A stretch of 64,000 bases of DNA, taken from NCBI RefSeq assembly GCF_000143415.4, contig NW_003314264.1, positions 3,047,710 through 3,111,709 of the forward strand, in the 5' to 3' direction. The notes beneath the pieces were generated by a model. That model did no database searches. It had not been told where the DNA came from and saw nothing but the letters and a program-made list of their open reading frames with translations. This DNA comes from Selaginella moellendorffii (taxonomy: Eukaryota > Plantae > Lycopodiophyta). A program made the position numbers and the translations under genes. Positions 11,382 to 24,275 of this stretch are shown here, one piece after another (within the stretch, counting starts at the first letter, position 1; each line of letters begins with the position of its first letter).

Positions 11382-13526
11382 ATGGACAATGTAGCTCTTA
11401 AATTTCCTCGATTCACTCTCCCTGTGAACAATCCTCCAGTCGAGGATCATTCCCGGGCGATTAGCCTCGAATCCTATGCTGAGCGTATCAAGAGCACGTC
11501 CAGGAACAGGGATCCCTCCTCGGGGAAGCATCTCCACGCTGAGATCTTCCGAAGCGATCACTGGAACAATCGCTACCTCGCGAATCTGCTGGTGGAGATG
11601 TATGGCAAATGCGGCCTCGTTGGAGAGGCGCGCAAGGTCTTCGACGCTATCGAGGAGCCGAATTCCTTCTCCTGGAACATCATGGTCGCAGCCTACGCTC
11701 AAAACGGGCAGCTCGACCACGCCAAGAAGCTCTACGACCGGATGGCGATCAAGGACGTGATCGCGGGCAATGTCCTCATCACCGCATTCGCGCAGGGCGG
11801 GCGGCTGCGCGAGGCGAGAGATTTGTTCGATTCGATCCCCCGCCGCGATGCGGTGTCGTGGAACGCGATGATCCGGGGCTATGCCGTGAACGGGCATTTG
11901 GACGAGGCAAAGCAATGCTTTGCAAAGATGCCCAACCCTAATTCCGTGACCTGGACAACCATAGTGGCGGCTCTCGCGGAGAACGGTAATATCGACGATG
12001 CTAAAGCGATGTTTGACAACATGCCGGAGCGCAATGTGGTAGCCTGGACGTCCATCGTTGCGGCATATGCACAAAACGGGCATCTAGACGAGGCAAGAGA
12101 GCTCTTTGAGAAGATGCCGCATAGAAATTCCTATTCCTGGAACACAATGATCTCCGTCTACGTCCAAAACAAGGACCTCCACGAAGCCAAGAGGATATTC
12201 GACGCGATGCCCGGAAAGAACCTCGTATCTTGGACCCCGCTTATATCGGCATATGCCCAAAGCGGGCATCTGGACGAGGCAAAGAGGCTCTTTGACGAGA
12301 TGCCACAGCCGGACGTGGTGCTGTGGACAGCCATGATCAAAGCATATGCGGAGAATGGGAATATTACCGAGGCCCGGCGTACCTTTGACCTCATGCCACA
12401 AAGGAATATTGTCACCTGGAACGTGATGCTGGCGGCGTACTGCCAGGTCGGCCTCTTGCGTGACGCCACGCGACAGTTCGAGGAAATGCCCGAGCGGGAC
12501 CTTGTGTCGTACACAACGGTCATTTCAGCTGAGGCGCAGTACGGAAGGCTTGAAAGGGCCAGAGCTTTGTTTGACGAGATGCCGCTGCGGGATATCGTGG
12601 CATGGAACACTATCATCGCGGCATATTCTCAGGCTGGGAATCTGTCCCAAGCAAGGAATCTATTTGAAAAGATGAGCACTCACGACGTAGTGAGTTGCAA
12701 CATTATGATCGATGCGTATGCCCGCTTGGGCTACTTGGAAGAAGCGAAAAGGGAACTTGGAAAAATGCCCAGGCAAGACGTGATCTCCTGGACAACACTT
12801 ATTACAGCATATGCCTTCTTTGGGTATGTGGAAGAGGCCAAAGCGTTGTTTGATTCCACCCCAGAAAAGAATCTTCTGGCGTGGAACACGCTGCTAGAAG
12901 CGAACTGCCAGCACGGCGAACTGGATGATGCCCGGGCATTGTTTGAGAATATGCCAGAGTGGGATACCATATCCTGGACGATCATGATCACGGCATATGC
13001 CCACAAGGGGCATATTGCCCAGGCGCAGCGCTTCTTCGACGGCATCCAGCACCGCGACGTGGCGTCCTGGAACGCGATGATCGTCGCCTATGCCCTAAAC
13101 GGCTACCGGGCGCGATCGATCGAGCTCCTGGGCGAACTAGGCGTCGCGGGAATGGATCCCGACGAGGTGACATTCACAAGCGTCATGGGCGCGTGCGGCC
13201 ACGCGGGGTCCGTGGACGCCGCCCGGGATTACCTGCGATCGATGCGAGTGGATCGTGGATTGGCGCCCCGGGAAGAACACTACGCGTGCGTGATCGATGC
13301 GCTGTGCCGCGCGGGGCAGATCCATAGGGCCGAGGATCTAATCGCGAGCATGCCGTTTCTTCCGGGGATCACGGAGTGGACGAGTCTGATCGCCGCGTGT
13401 AAGTCGCAACGCGACGTGGAGAGGGTGCTCGCGCGGGTGTCCGAGCTGGAGCCCCACAACTCCGAGGTGTACGTGCTCCTCTCCAATAGCATCATGCCAC
13501 GGAGCGAGAGGGTGACGTCGGTGTGA
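11382..13526 (+). CDS. PLS-class PPR protein with long short-motif array and E domain, no DYW
   Basis: Repeated SWNAMI.AYAQNG motifs; C-terminal HYACVIDALCRAG...MPF.P...W.SL..AC...YVLLSN. Confidence 0.93.
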   Translation: MDNVALKFPRFTLPVNNPPVEDHSRAISLESYAERIKSTSRNRDPSSGKHLHAEIFRSDHWNNRYLANLLVEMYGKCGLVGEARKVFDAIEEPNSFSWNIMVAAYAQNGQLDHAKKLYDRMAIKDVIAGNVLITAFAQGGRLREARDLFDSIPRRDAVSWNAMIRGYAVNGHLDEAKQCFAKMPNPNSVTWTTIVAALAENGNIDDAKAMFDNMPERNVVAWTSIVAAYAQNGHLDEARELFEKMPHRNSYSWNTMISVYVQNKDLHEAKRIFDAMPGKNLVSWTPLISAYAQSGHLDEAKRLFDEMPQPDVVLWTAMIKAYAENGNITEARRTFDLMPQRNIVTWNVMLAAYCQVGLLRDATRQFEEMPERDLVSYTTVISAEAQYGRLERARALFDEMPLRDIVAWNTIIAAYSQAGNLSQARNLFEKMSTHDVVSCNIMIDAYARLGYLEEAKRELGKMPRQDVISWTTLITAYAFFGYVEEAKALFDSTPEKNLLAWNTLLEANCQHGELDDARALFENMPEWDTISWTIMITAYAHKGHIAQAQRFFDGIQHRDVASWNAMIVAYALNGYRARSIELLGELGVAGMDPDEVTFTSVMGACGHAGSVDAARDYLRSMRVDRGLAPREEHYACVIDALCRAGQIHRAEDLIASMPFLPGITEWTSLIAACKSQRDVERVLARVSELEPHNSEVYVLLSNSIMPRSERVTSV

Positions 13527-13791
13527 CGGCACGATGGAGGCGTGCAAATGGTGCTGACGTGGACAACATCTGGCAGTGATGTGGACTTTCTTGTACGTTT
13601 TTTTCCAAGAGATGGGAGGAAAAGAGCTCCACGCCTAGAGCCTAGGTTTTTAGTACTCGCGCGGTTGGCCGGGAATTTCCAGCTCCAGGTATTTTGCTCT
13701 CAAACCCTAGCGATCCGGCGCCGTGCGCGCGACGGCGGCTCCAGAATTCCTGGTGAAATATCAATGCATTTGAGCTGCTTGATCTTCTGCC

Positions 13792-16700
13792 ATGGAAGTC
13801 GAGGCGGATGCTCCGGTCCAGGAATCTAGTGAATCCGAGGCCCCGAAGGAGGCGGAGGTAATGGAATCGCAGGACGCTGTTTCCAGCTACAGAGTTGTAG
13901 ATGCGGTTGCAGAGAGCGAAGGGGATTGGCCGGGGCCAAGATGTGGGCACACTCTCACAGCTCTCGCTCCAATTGGCAAGGAAGGCACTGCCGTCTACAT
14001 TGCCCATCGCCTTGTGCTGTTTGGAGGTGCCACGGCTCTGGAAGGAGCATCTGGAACTGGACCGCCCCTCTCGCCGTCTTCTGGAGACCCAGGAATCAGT
14101 AAGTGTTGTTCTTCGTTCTTCCTTTTGTTTTCTCGGGAATTAATGAGTCCCGTGATCTCCAGGAATCGCTGAAGTCACTGCAAACGTCCATTGCTTTGAC
14201 ACTGCTTCGAAAAAATGGCAAAAGTATGTTACTCTCTATTTTTTTGCGTCTTTCTTTTTGTTGTTACTTCTTTGGACGATTCTCTTATGGTCGATGCGAA
14301 TTTTGCAGGCTCAATCCTTCAGGTATCGCTCCATCTCCAAGAGCTGCTCATGCTGCAGCGGCAGTGGGTCCGATGGTTGTTTTCCAGGTACGTGTTTTAC
14401 TTTCGGAGAACTTTGCAAATGGTTTTGCATTGTAGGGTGGCATCGGTCCTGCTGGACTCTCATCGGATGACTTGCATGTCTTGGATTTGTCTCAGCCCGA
14501 GGCAAAATGGCATAGGTAGAAGATTTCATGTAACGGGAATGTTGCTTGACTTTTATTCTGCAGGGTGGTTGTCAAAGAAGGACCACGGCCAGGCCCACGC
14601 TATGGGCATGTTATGGCACTAGTTGCACAATTCTTGATACTGGTTTCTGGGAACGACGGTACAGTTATGAGTGCTAAGGCTTTCAAGTTTATAAGCGATG
14701 TATACTTGAGCAGGTGTTCGACTTTTCTCGGATGTTTGGGTTCTAGACACGACGAAGAAGCCTTACCAATGGGAGAAGGTTGAAGCCGGTGGCGATGGAC
14801 CTCCGCCTTGCATGTAGGTTCATGGGTAAACATCAAACCCCGTCACTTTTTCTTGTTCTAACTGCGCTGACGCTCATTATCAGGTATGCAGCCGCAAGCA
14901 CACGAAAGGATGGCGTACTTCTATTTTGCGGTGGGAGGGATTCAATCGGTGTGGTAAGGTTTCTACACTTTCCCATTAAACAAAGTCCCTGATGCCTGAC
15001 TTTGTAGCCTGTTCCTGGTATATATCGTCTTGTGAGGAATCAAATTGGGCACTGGCACTGGGATAGGTTGCCTGGGACCTCACCTTCTCCTCGGTATCAG
15101 CATGCAGCGGTATATTGCTTCCACTTATCTTGAAAATATTAACTCTCCTCTATTTGAAGGCTTTTGCAGATGCCAGATTTCACATTTCTGGCGGAGCTCA
15201 AGGGCGTGGACATATTGTGGATGACGCGTCGTCTTTTGCAGGCAAGTCGTGGAACCCGTTTAATCAAACAGCTTACTTTTTTTGTTCAATCTAACAGTTT
15301 TTGATACTATTTCGGGAGTCTGGTACGAGGCTAAGTCCACTGGTGCCTCCGATGAGTCTCTTGCACTCACTAAACGTTGTAGACATGCTGCGGTGGGCCT
15401 GGGGAAGACTATGTACATTTATGGCGGCTTGAAATCAGGTGACATTCTCCCCTCACATGCCTTGTCTATGTTCTCATTATGTACTTGTAGTTTAGGTGTA
15501 CTGTTTAGTGACCTGCTGGTTGCTGACGACGAGAAGCTGGAGGCTGCTTGCCGTCGGAACGAGAGCAGAGCGACCATACGGTAATTGTATGTTTTCCGAA
15601 GTCTTAAATAGCTTCAACTTTAAAATCTTCAGGAGAGATCCGAACGATCTTCATCTTTTGGTTGAAGCATCGGCTGCTGAGGCCGCGGCTATCACCGCTA
15701 TCATGGGTAAGGTACAAAGCCAAAATAACGGGGTTGCAGTTGAAAGTGTCTCGCCATCTTCCGACTTACCTATGCCCAATGCCATGCCCGGCTCGGACGT
15801 TCGACTTCATCACAGAGCGGTAAGTAAAACAGTGAAGAATGGATCTAATGCAGAGGTGGTGTTCTCCGATTGCTCTAGATTGTTGCCACAGAGCCGGGAG
15901 GTGGAACGTTACGAAGTCTAGTGAGGCAGCTCTCCTTGGACCGTTTTGAAAACGAGGGACTAGGGGTCACTCGTGAAATTTCGAAGAGAGTCTTAGAAAG
16001 ACAAATTTCAATGTACGGTGTACATAAGAAGGTGTGTTTCTCTGCTCGTTCGATAAGTTCGTACTTACCAGGATACTGTTTTCAGGTTTTGGCTCTCTTG
16101 TTAAAGCCCCGAGAATGGAAACCTTCCTTGCGGAGAAATCTATTTCTTGAGTTCAACGAGGTTCTAGAGCTCTGTGACTCGGCAGAAAACATTTTTAGAG
16201 CCGAGCCTAATGTTCTAAAATTGAAAGCTCCCGTCAAAATTTTTGGCGACATCCATGGGCAATTTGGAGATCTGATGCGCTTGTTTAACGAATACGGATC
16301 GCCGTCTACAGCCGGAGATATTTCGTAAGACTTTTCTACAAGGCTTTTCTTTGGTTTTAACACATTGTAGTACTGGCTACAGGTACATTGATTATCTTTT
16401 CCTTGGTGACTACGTGGATCGTGGGCAACATAGCCTGGAAACTATTTTCTTGCTGCTAGCATTGAAGGTAGCACTTTACATTTATCACGCAGACTGATAA
16501 GTTCTCTCACTGGTTTTAGATTGAGCACCCTGAACACGTGCATATGATTCGAGGCAACCACGAAGCTCAAGACATCAATGCGCTCTTTGGCTTCCGCACC
16601 GAGTGTGTAGAACGAATGGTTTGTGTGCGTTTCTACAGTGCACTGTGGCGCCTAACTATTGAGCTTTTGGACAGGGCGAGTGGGAAGGAGTATGGGCCTG

Positions 16701-17513
16701 GCACCGCATGAACCAGCTCTTCAACTGGCTGCCCCTTGCCGCAGTGATAGAGGAAAAAATTATCTGCATGCACGGTGGGATTGGCAAATCCATCAACCAC
16801 ATTTCTCAGATCGACAACCTTGTTCGTCCAATCACAATGGATACAGGATCCAATGTCCTGATGGATCTTCTTTGGTAAGCTGGGCGGTTCTGTCATCTTC
16901 AAGCGCCTGACTTGTGTTTGACAGGTCCGATCCAACTGAGAACGACAGCATCCAAGGCATTCAACCAAACGCTCGTGGACCAGGCCTGGTTACGTTTGGC
17001 GTAAGTAACTCTCGATTGGAACAAAACTTGCTCATGGAGTCATCGTCGTTTTGCAGCCGGACAGAGTGATGGACTTCTGCAATAACAACAACCTGGACTT
17101 GATCATCAGAGCGCACGAATGCGTGATGGATGGGTTTGAACGATTCGCCCAGGGGCACCTGATAACTCTCTTCTCTGCGACAAACTACTGCGGTTAGTCC
17201 GTCAATCTTCTCTTTTGCGTGGCCTTTGAGCGTTTCGAGCTCTTGCAGGCACGGCCAACAATGCGGGAGCGCTCTTGGTCCTCGGGAGAGACCTCGTCGT
17301 TGTGCCAAAACTGATCCATCCATTGCCTCCGTTCGACGAGGACGAGATGGACGTGACATGGATGCAGGTGAGAAAAAACGAGATGAAAAGCTTGGCAATG
17401 ACGACATGGTTTTGTGTGTATGATCTCAGGAGTTGAATGCCCAGAGGCCGCCGACGCCAACGAGAGGAAGACCGCCGTCTGTGGCGGATCGAAGCTCTCT
17501 GGCTTACATCTAA
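13792..17513 (+). CDS. BSL: BSU1-like kelch-repeat Ser/Thr protein phosphatase (PPKL), multi-exon
   Basis: [11 protein letters not shown], kelch repeats, GDIHG, GDYVDRG, RGNHE, SATNY, C-terminal [14 protein letters not shown]...SLAYI*. Confidence 0.93.
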
Positions 17514-17673
17514 CGTGTAGTTTGTATCGTCGTTTGGTTTCGTCCTTGTACATTCCAGATGGATTAGTTCTCCAACTGTTTTACAAATTCTTTCAAAGTG
17601 CTCACGAAAGGATAGTGTTATAGCATAAACGAACAAATAAAAAACTTCAAAACTTCGAAAGATAACGTCTAAG

Positions 17674-17745
17674 ATCAGAGTGGCGCAGCGGAAGCGTGGT
17701 GGGCCCATAACCCACAGGTCGGAGGATCGAAACCTCCCTCTGATA
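17674..17745 (+). tRNA. tRNA-iMet(CAT), initiator
   Basis: ATCAGAGTGGCGCAGCGGAAGCGTGGTGGGCCCATAACCCAC...GATCGAAA...CTCTGATA; A1-U72 pair and initiator-type T-loop. Confidence 0.97.
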
Positions 17746-17868
17746 ATTTGACAGTCTAATTTTTCGACCTTTAAAAACTATCAAAATACACACTATCCGA
17801 AAAAATTCACAAAAAGTATTTCTACTGCTTGGAAATATTCTTATCGTATCCACAGGTTTTAGGGCGGC

Positions 17869-18275
17869 ATGGCGATGGCAATAGGAGTGTTGCGGCTCGC
17901 AAGCCCAGTGCTGCCCCAGCAGCAGTCGATAGCTGTGGTGCCCATGGCTCACACTGGCCGGAAAACCAGGAAGGGCGCCAAGATAATGAAGTCGATCTAC
18001 TCGCCTGCTGGCTTTAACATCCGGCGCATCCGACTGCGAAAGAAATGGAGCGAAAATCCCCCTCCCACCGACGCCCCCGCGTCGCCGAAATCGCCCAGGC
18101 CTTCGCCCAAGTCCGCCCGGGCCAGCCCAGACAAATGTAAGTGCCAAACCACCACTTCTTTCGTCAAATTTCAACAAATTCGTGTGTTACAGCAGCAGAG
18201 ACAGCAGTCGCGACCCCGGAAGCAAGCCCAGAAGCGGCAGAGGCAACGACAGCAACTGCATCGAGCGAGGCTTAG
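17869..18275 (+). CDS. Small hypothetical protein: transit-peptide-like N-terminus, basic core, Pro/Ala/Thr/Glu tail (two exons)
   Basis: ORF from 17869; GTAAGT...CAG intron at ~18138-18191; second exon SAETAVATPEA...EA*. Confidence 0.5.
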
Positions 18276-20556
18276 CCACTCCCCTGTTTTTAGGGTTCTT
18301 CGCGAGAACCGTTTATCAATTCGTAAAAACAAAAAATCTCTATTTACATGAGAGCAGTAGTTGGGCTCTACTCTGAGATCGAACGCTCCAGCGGATGATA
18401 GGGCCGTGGAATGCAAAATTCCCCTCCACCGACACTGCCAGCCTTGAATTTCAGAGGCTCAATCTCTCTTAGAGTAGACCTCATCCAGTAAAGGAATTGC
18501 CTCTTGAAGCCTCCTCATGCCATATTTTCCATTTTCAATTGGAAAAGTAACTCTAAAGGAACCAATGTTATTCTTGTGTAAGTTCTCTTAGTCCAAGTAT
18601 CTGCAAAAAAACATCATAAAAGGATAAAAAAAGAAATTTTTGGTTGGAATTTGCATAAAATATAACTTTACATTTTTGTACTTGATAATATTTATTACAC
18701 AATAATATTATAATATTTAATATAATATTTATATTATTTATTACATAACACCATTAAATATAATATTGTAATTTTAGTGTGAGAAAACTTTGAAACATAA
18801 CATAATAAAGAATCAATACAATGAAAGAATAATGTTTGGAAAGCTAAACTTTAAAATTGTAGTCATAAAAAAAGTACTATTAACTAAAACGTTTTTAATA
18901 GCTATATTTTGTATAATATTTTTTAAAAAAAATTCTAATTTAGTAAAAGGAAGCATTTAGTGAAATTTTGGAAATTAAAAAAAATAGTTGGAATGAATAT
19001 CAACTTTAAAAATATAATTTTCTTTATATATAATTTATTTATAGTTTTAAAGTTTTATTTTTAAATTCTAGCTTTATTTCTTTTTGTTTTGACACATTTT
19101 TCAGAAACTTAAAGCTAAAACAAAGTTAACAAGTTTTTATATATGTATTTATATCAAAATGTAAAAATTTTAATAGTAGTATTAGGTTTCTTACTTTGGA
19201 CTGTAATCTTTAAAATATATGAACAATGGAGTTCAGGTCGACATGGGGAGCATGGGGTTTTTCCAAAGATTATTATTGAAAAAAAAATTAATGAAAACTT
19301 AAATAACATTAAGATATAAACTAGCATTTTATTGTAACAAATATAAAATAAAAATTATATTATAAATTTACATAATAAATATTAGTAAGTATGATATAGT
19401 TTTATTAATATATATACCATTTGTAACAGAGTATTTCTCATTCAACCCCAAAATGAAAAGTGCTCTTGTAGCATTTGCAAAAGTTGAACTTTATGATATA
19501 GTTTACCTCCCAAAGTTTTAAGTTTTCTCCATTACTCCTAATCAACAATTTACCATTTGCACATTTTTGACACTTATAATAAACTTGATGAACCACTTGC
19601 CATACCTTACCTGAAGTGGTAGCATTCTTCACAATCAAAACATCCTCAAACCTAACTCATTCAATCAAAATCATCATTGAGGCGATATAAACATCCTTGA
19701 AGTCCTCTACATGCATTTGTATCTCATTTGTTATTCTGGGGACAACTTCCCAAATTCTACTTCATTCAACTGTGATTGCAACAACCCCTTTCCAATTACT
19801 AACCCAAGAACCTTTGGGTTATTTATTTCAACTTTGTCTCAACAATTGAGAACCATCTAAAAGCATTCTCATGTGACGAAAGAAGCTTTGATCCCTTAGA
19901 TCCACTAGATTTCCTTATCACTTAAAGATCAGTGTCCCTTGTAGTCACACCTTTTAATGGCAACCTCTTCACAACCTCCTCACCAATTAAAGCACCGACT
20001 TAAGAAATACTTAATTCTCTATATTGATCAAAAGGATAGAACTTGCCTCCATAAGTCCAACAGAAGACTTAGATTCCTGTGAGTTGCTTCTGTAGTCGTT
20101 TGCAAAGAACTGGATCTAAAAAAGCCTTGATTTCTTTGTGTTTTAGCAGATTAAATTCAAACAGATGCATTAAGAATTGAATTGATCTCTCAGAGAACAA
20201 TCGCTCTCGAGAACTCCCCTGCTCTTTCCTTGTAAATTAGATCAATTTCTTGTTTTCTCTTTCACAGGTGGTAAGTTGTAGAAAAGCTTTCTCATAGATT
20301 AGTTTTAACTTGTAATATCAATCTGCCAGAAGAGAGAAATTCTCATGTGAGCATGATCATAACCTACAGGGTTACGAGATCGCCTATTACGGGCTGTAGT
20401 CGTCCCTGGAAATCTCCTGAATCCTGGAAGGAAGAAATGTTTGTAAGAAGTTTGTGATCTATAGAGATTATAAATCATGAGAACTCACAAGCTTACAAGT
20501 ATAAATACATATCGTAAAGCACTGATTCCAATTTACATGCACACCCATCTTCTCAT

Positions 20557-22575
20557 ATGGAGGCACTGGATGGATTGAACTCGGTACAACAGCAGGGTCT
20601 CTCCCGGGGTCTCGATTCCTCAGAGAAAACCGCAAGTTTTGTGAGGCTTCTCCAGCAGCATGGAGACCAGAAATCGCTGTCAGCCGGGAGGCATCTTCAC
20701 TCTCAGGTGGCAAGAGCAGGACTTGACAGAGACACATACCTTGGAAATCTCATTGTGAGAATGTATAGCAAGTGTGGAAGCCTCGATGACGCTCGCCAAG
20801 CATTCGAGAGGATTCATCGCCCGGACTCCGTCTCCTGGAACAGCATCATGGCCGCTTATATAAAGTGCGGGGAGATCGAACAAGCCAGGCGGGTGTTTGA
20901 TTCCATGCCCAGAAAGAGCATCGTCTCGTGGAATGCGATTATTGTTGCATATGCCCAGTCTAGGCATATGGAGATTGCAAAAGGCTTGTTTGACGCGGCA
21001 CCTTGTAAAGACGTGGCTACGTGGAACGGTATCTTGACAGGATATGCGGACAATGGTCTTGTGAGCGATGCGAAGAATGTTTTCGAAAAGATGCCGGAGA
21101 GAAATGTAGTGTCGTGGAATGCTTTGATTGCAGCATTGGCCAAGAACTGGCATTTTGACAAAGCGTTCGCGGCATTTGCGAGGATGGACGTCCAGCCCAA
21201 CGCGGTGACGTTTGTGACGGTGCTGGACGCGTGCGTCGGCGCCGGGGCGACGGGCGGGGGACTAGCTGCCGGCCGTCACGTCTTCGCCCGCGCCACGGCC
21301 ATGGGAATGGTGGGCGCCGAGATCAAAGTGGGCAACGCGCTCGTCAACATGTTTGCCAAGTGCGGCAGCCTCGAGGACGCCAGGGCGACGTTCGATCTCA
21401 TGCCCCGGAAGAACGCCCGGTCCTCCACGATCATGATCGCCGCGCTGGGCAGCTTTGGGCGATTGGAGGAGGCGCGATCGGTGCTGGATTCCATGGAGAT
21501 CAAGACGCTCTTCGCGTGGAATGCGATGATCAGCGCTTATGCCCAGGCCGGCCGCGCGCGCGACGCCCTAGAGACGTTCGAGCGCATGGACGTGGAGCCC
21601 GACTCCATCACATTCATCGGCGTATTGGAGGCCGCCAGCTGGACGGGTGACCTAAGCACCGGCCTCCACGCACACGCCAGCATGGCACGGTGTGGCATCC
21701 ACGTAGACACCCACGTGGGCAACGCGCTGGTTAACATGTACGGCAAGTGCGGCAGTGTGGCGCACGCCAGGGAGGCGTTTGAGGCGGTGCGTGACAAGAA
21801 CGTGGTGACTTGGACGTGCATGATATCGGTGTATGCCCAGAACCGGCATGCCAGCGCGGCATTCCGGACGTTCCAGCTCATGGACCTCCACGGTGTCGCG
21901 TCCAACGAGGTGACGCTCGCTAACGTGGCAGACGCATGCGCCGAGCTGGCTGAGTTCCCTGGCATGGCCAAGGCCGTACACGAGGTGGCCATGGAGTTGG
22001 AGCTAGACCGCGACGTGGTTCTTGGGAGCGCGCTTGTTACCATGCACGGCAAGTGTGGTAATCTCGGCGCCGCGCGGCGGGCATTCGATCGGATCGAGCG
22101 GCGGAATCTCGTCTCCTGGACGGCGATGATCGCGGCGCTGGCCGAGAATGGGGATCGCGAGGGTGCCTGGGATCTCTTCCGGGCTATGGAGCTGGAAGGG
22201 ATCGAGCCGGACGAGGTGTGCTTCATGGGAGTCCTGGCGGCGTGCAAGAACGCGGGCGAGATCCAGACCGGATTCGAGTATTTCCAGTCCATGACCGAGG
22301 ATTACAGCATGGATCCATCGCCGGGGCACTATACCTTCTTGATCGATCTGCTAGCGCGATCCGGGAAGCTGGAGCTCGCCGAGGATCTGATCCGAGGCAT
22401 GCCATTCGAGCCCCAGGCGTGGACGTGGACGTCCCTGCTGGGGGCTTGCAAGATCCACTGGGACGAGCGGCGTGGGGCGATGGCGGCGCAGCGCGCGCTG
22501 GTGATCGATCCGCGCAGGACGGCGGCGTATGTGATCCTCTCCAATATTTGCGGCAAGAACAGTGTGGGAGTATAA
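20557..22575 (+). CDS. PLS-class PPR protein with E domain
   Basis: P-L-S motifs (NALVNMYGKCG), ends AYVILSNI. Confidence 0.93.
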   Translation: MEALDGLNSVQQQGLSRGLDSSEKTASFVRLLQQHGDQKSLSAGRHLHSQVARAGLDRDTYLGNLIVRMYSKCGSLDDARQAFERIHRPDSVSWNSIMAAYIKCGEIEQARRVFDSMPRKSIVSWNAIIVAYAQSRHMEIAKGLFDAAPCKDVATWNGILTGYADNGLVSDAKNVFEKMPERNVVSWNALIAALAKNWHFDKAFAAFARMDVQPNAVTFVTVLDACVGAGATGGGLAAGRHVFARATAMGMVGAEIKVGNALVNMFAKCGSLEDARATFDLMPRKNARSSTIMIAALGSFGRLEEARSVLDSMEIKTLFAWNAMISAYAQAGRARDALETFERMDVEPDSITFIGVLEAASWTGDLSTGLHAHASMARCGIHVDTHVGNALVNMYGKCGSVAHAREAFEAVRDKNVVTWTCMISVYAQNRHASAAFRTFQLMDLHGVASNEVTLANVADACAELAEFPGMAKAVHEVAMELELDRDVVLGSALVTMHGKCGNLGAARRAFDRIERRNLVSWTAMIAALAENGDREGAWDLFRAMELEGIEPDEVCFMGVLAACKNAGEIQTGFEYFQSMTEDYSMDPSPGHYTFLIDLLARSGKLELAEDLIRGMPFEPQAWTWTSLLGACKIHWDERRGAMAAQRALVIDPRRTAAYVILSNICGKNSVGV

Positions 22576-22658
22576 AGAACAGAAAGAGGGGCCAGGAAAT
22601 ATTTAGGGTTTGTGCCCTTCTTCCTCTTTCTTGTTTTGGCGCTCGATCGATCGCAGCG

Positions 22659-24116
22659 ATGGTGAGCCGCTTTGCTACTCTCTATGTGTTCTAACCCGTG
22701 CTCTTCCATGGCAGAGTGGATCGCCAAGGCGTGGCGGAAGAAGGTACTCCTTTTCTCCTCTTCTTTCTCTCCGCGCCTAGGTTTTCTTACGCCCGCGCTT
22801 CTTTCTCAGGTACTCGTATTCTCCATCGCCTCGGAGAGGGCGCTCCAGGTCGAGGAGCCCGCCACATTGCAGAAGGTATCACTCGTTCGTTCTTTCTTTC
22901 TTGTTTTCTTGCTTTTCTCTTTGTTTTGGCTAAGTAATGCACAGCAGCTATAGGGGCGATGGCCGCGACAAGGACGACGAGATCTCGTGCAATCCCGGAA
23001 ACAATCTCTACGTTACTGGGCTCTCGACTCGAGTGACTGAGAAGGACCTCGAGGACTATTTCTCGAAAGAAGGCAAGGTAAGCGTTATGCTTTTTCGATT
23101 TTGGTGTGATGAGTTTTGATTTGTTCTTGGTTTTTGAGTTCCAGGTAGTGGAATGCAGGCTTGTGGTGGATCCTCGAAGTCATGAATCGAGGGGGTTTGG
23201 GTTTGTGGCACTAGAATCTCTGGACGATGCGGAACGCTGCATAAAACGTTTGCACCACTCCAATCTCGAGGGCCGGATCATCACAGTTGAAAAGGTACTC
23301 TACTCCAAGCCGTGATGCTTCTCCAAAAATGGTGGTCACGATTCATCAATCAACCGCTTCTTCCCTGCTCAAAAAAAAATCACCACTTGCATCAACCAAT
23401 CAGTTCATCTCAACAGCTGCTCCGAATGATCCTCCCGAGCACTCTAGCACTCTAGCCAAAAACTTCAAGCTTGTTGGTGGTCTCCTCAGCAAGCTCAGCT
23501 CCAGCTCCTTCCATAAACATCTAAACAAAGCCATAGCTGCATCGAGTGGCCTCAACAGCAATAGCTCTTCCCTATATCAAACTCTTCTGCAACTTTCACG
23601 TCCCTCCGGTGTTTGAAGGTTGGCTTGATCTGACTAGTTCTCTCGAAAGTTTTAGTTTTTTCTTTTTCCTCTTTACAATCTAACAACGCGATTCTCTCTT
23701 TGTTCTTCAGGCCAGGAGGAGCCGAGCGAGAACCCCGACGCCCGGCAAGTACCTCGGAAGTAGAAGTGAGTACCAAAAACAAAGCTTTTCTTTTCATTTG
23801 AAGTTCTACTCGAACGTTGGCGGTCTGATTCGAACAAAAACTGTCAGCTGCAGCAGGCGGTGGAGGACGATCTCACGGACGCCGACACGACGATCGAGAC
23901 CACCGCGACGATTACTACCGCGCTGGCAATGGCGGTGGCGGCGGCTACCACCGAAGGTCACCGCGGTACTCGCCGTACAGGAGGTCGCCGCGGTACTCGC
24001 CATACCGCGGCGACTATGATCGCTCGTACTCGCCGCCGCCGTACCGGCACCGCAGGGAGTACGACCGGTCCCCGCCGAGTTACCGACGCTCACCTCCATC
24101 TTATTACCATAGGTGA
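22659..24116 (+). CDS. SR45a: SR45a/TRA2-like RS-RRM-RS splicing factor
   Basis: ATG-only first coding exon; RS exons; NPGNNLYVTGLSTRV, RGFGFV, ITVEK/ARRSRARTPTPGKYLG; RRSPRYSPY repeats. Confidence 0.88.
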
Positions 24117-24275
24117 AAAGTTGTTGTTCTTCTAAAAAATTATTAGGGTAAAAATTAGGGAAATTTTTAGGGCTTATGGACTATGCGGGATTTCCGCGGC
24201 ATTTGTTCGTCGGGATTTCCATAGCGCGAATTGAATGGCGATTTGCGAACAGCCATCGCCATCGCTCCTCCTGAG

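Noticed and set aside
19438-20200. Decayed coding-like minus-strand tract, possibly a TE remnant
   Set aside because: No motif I could assign
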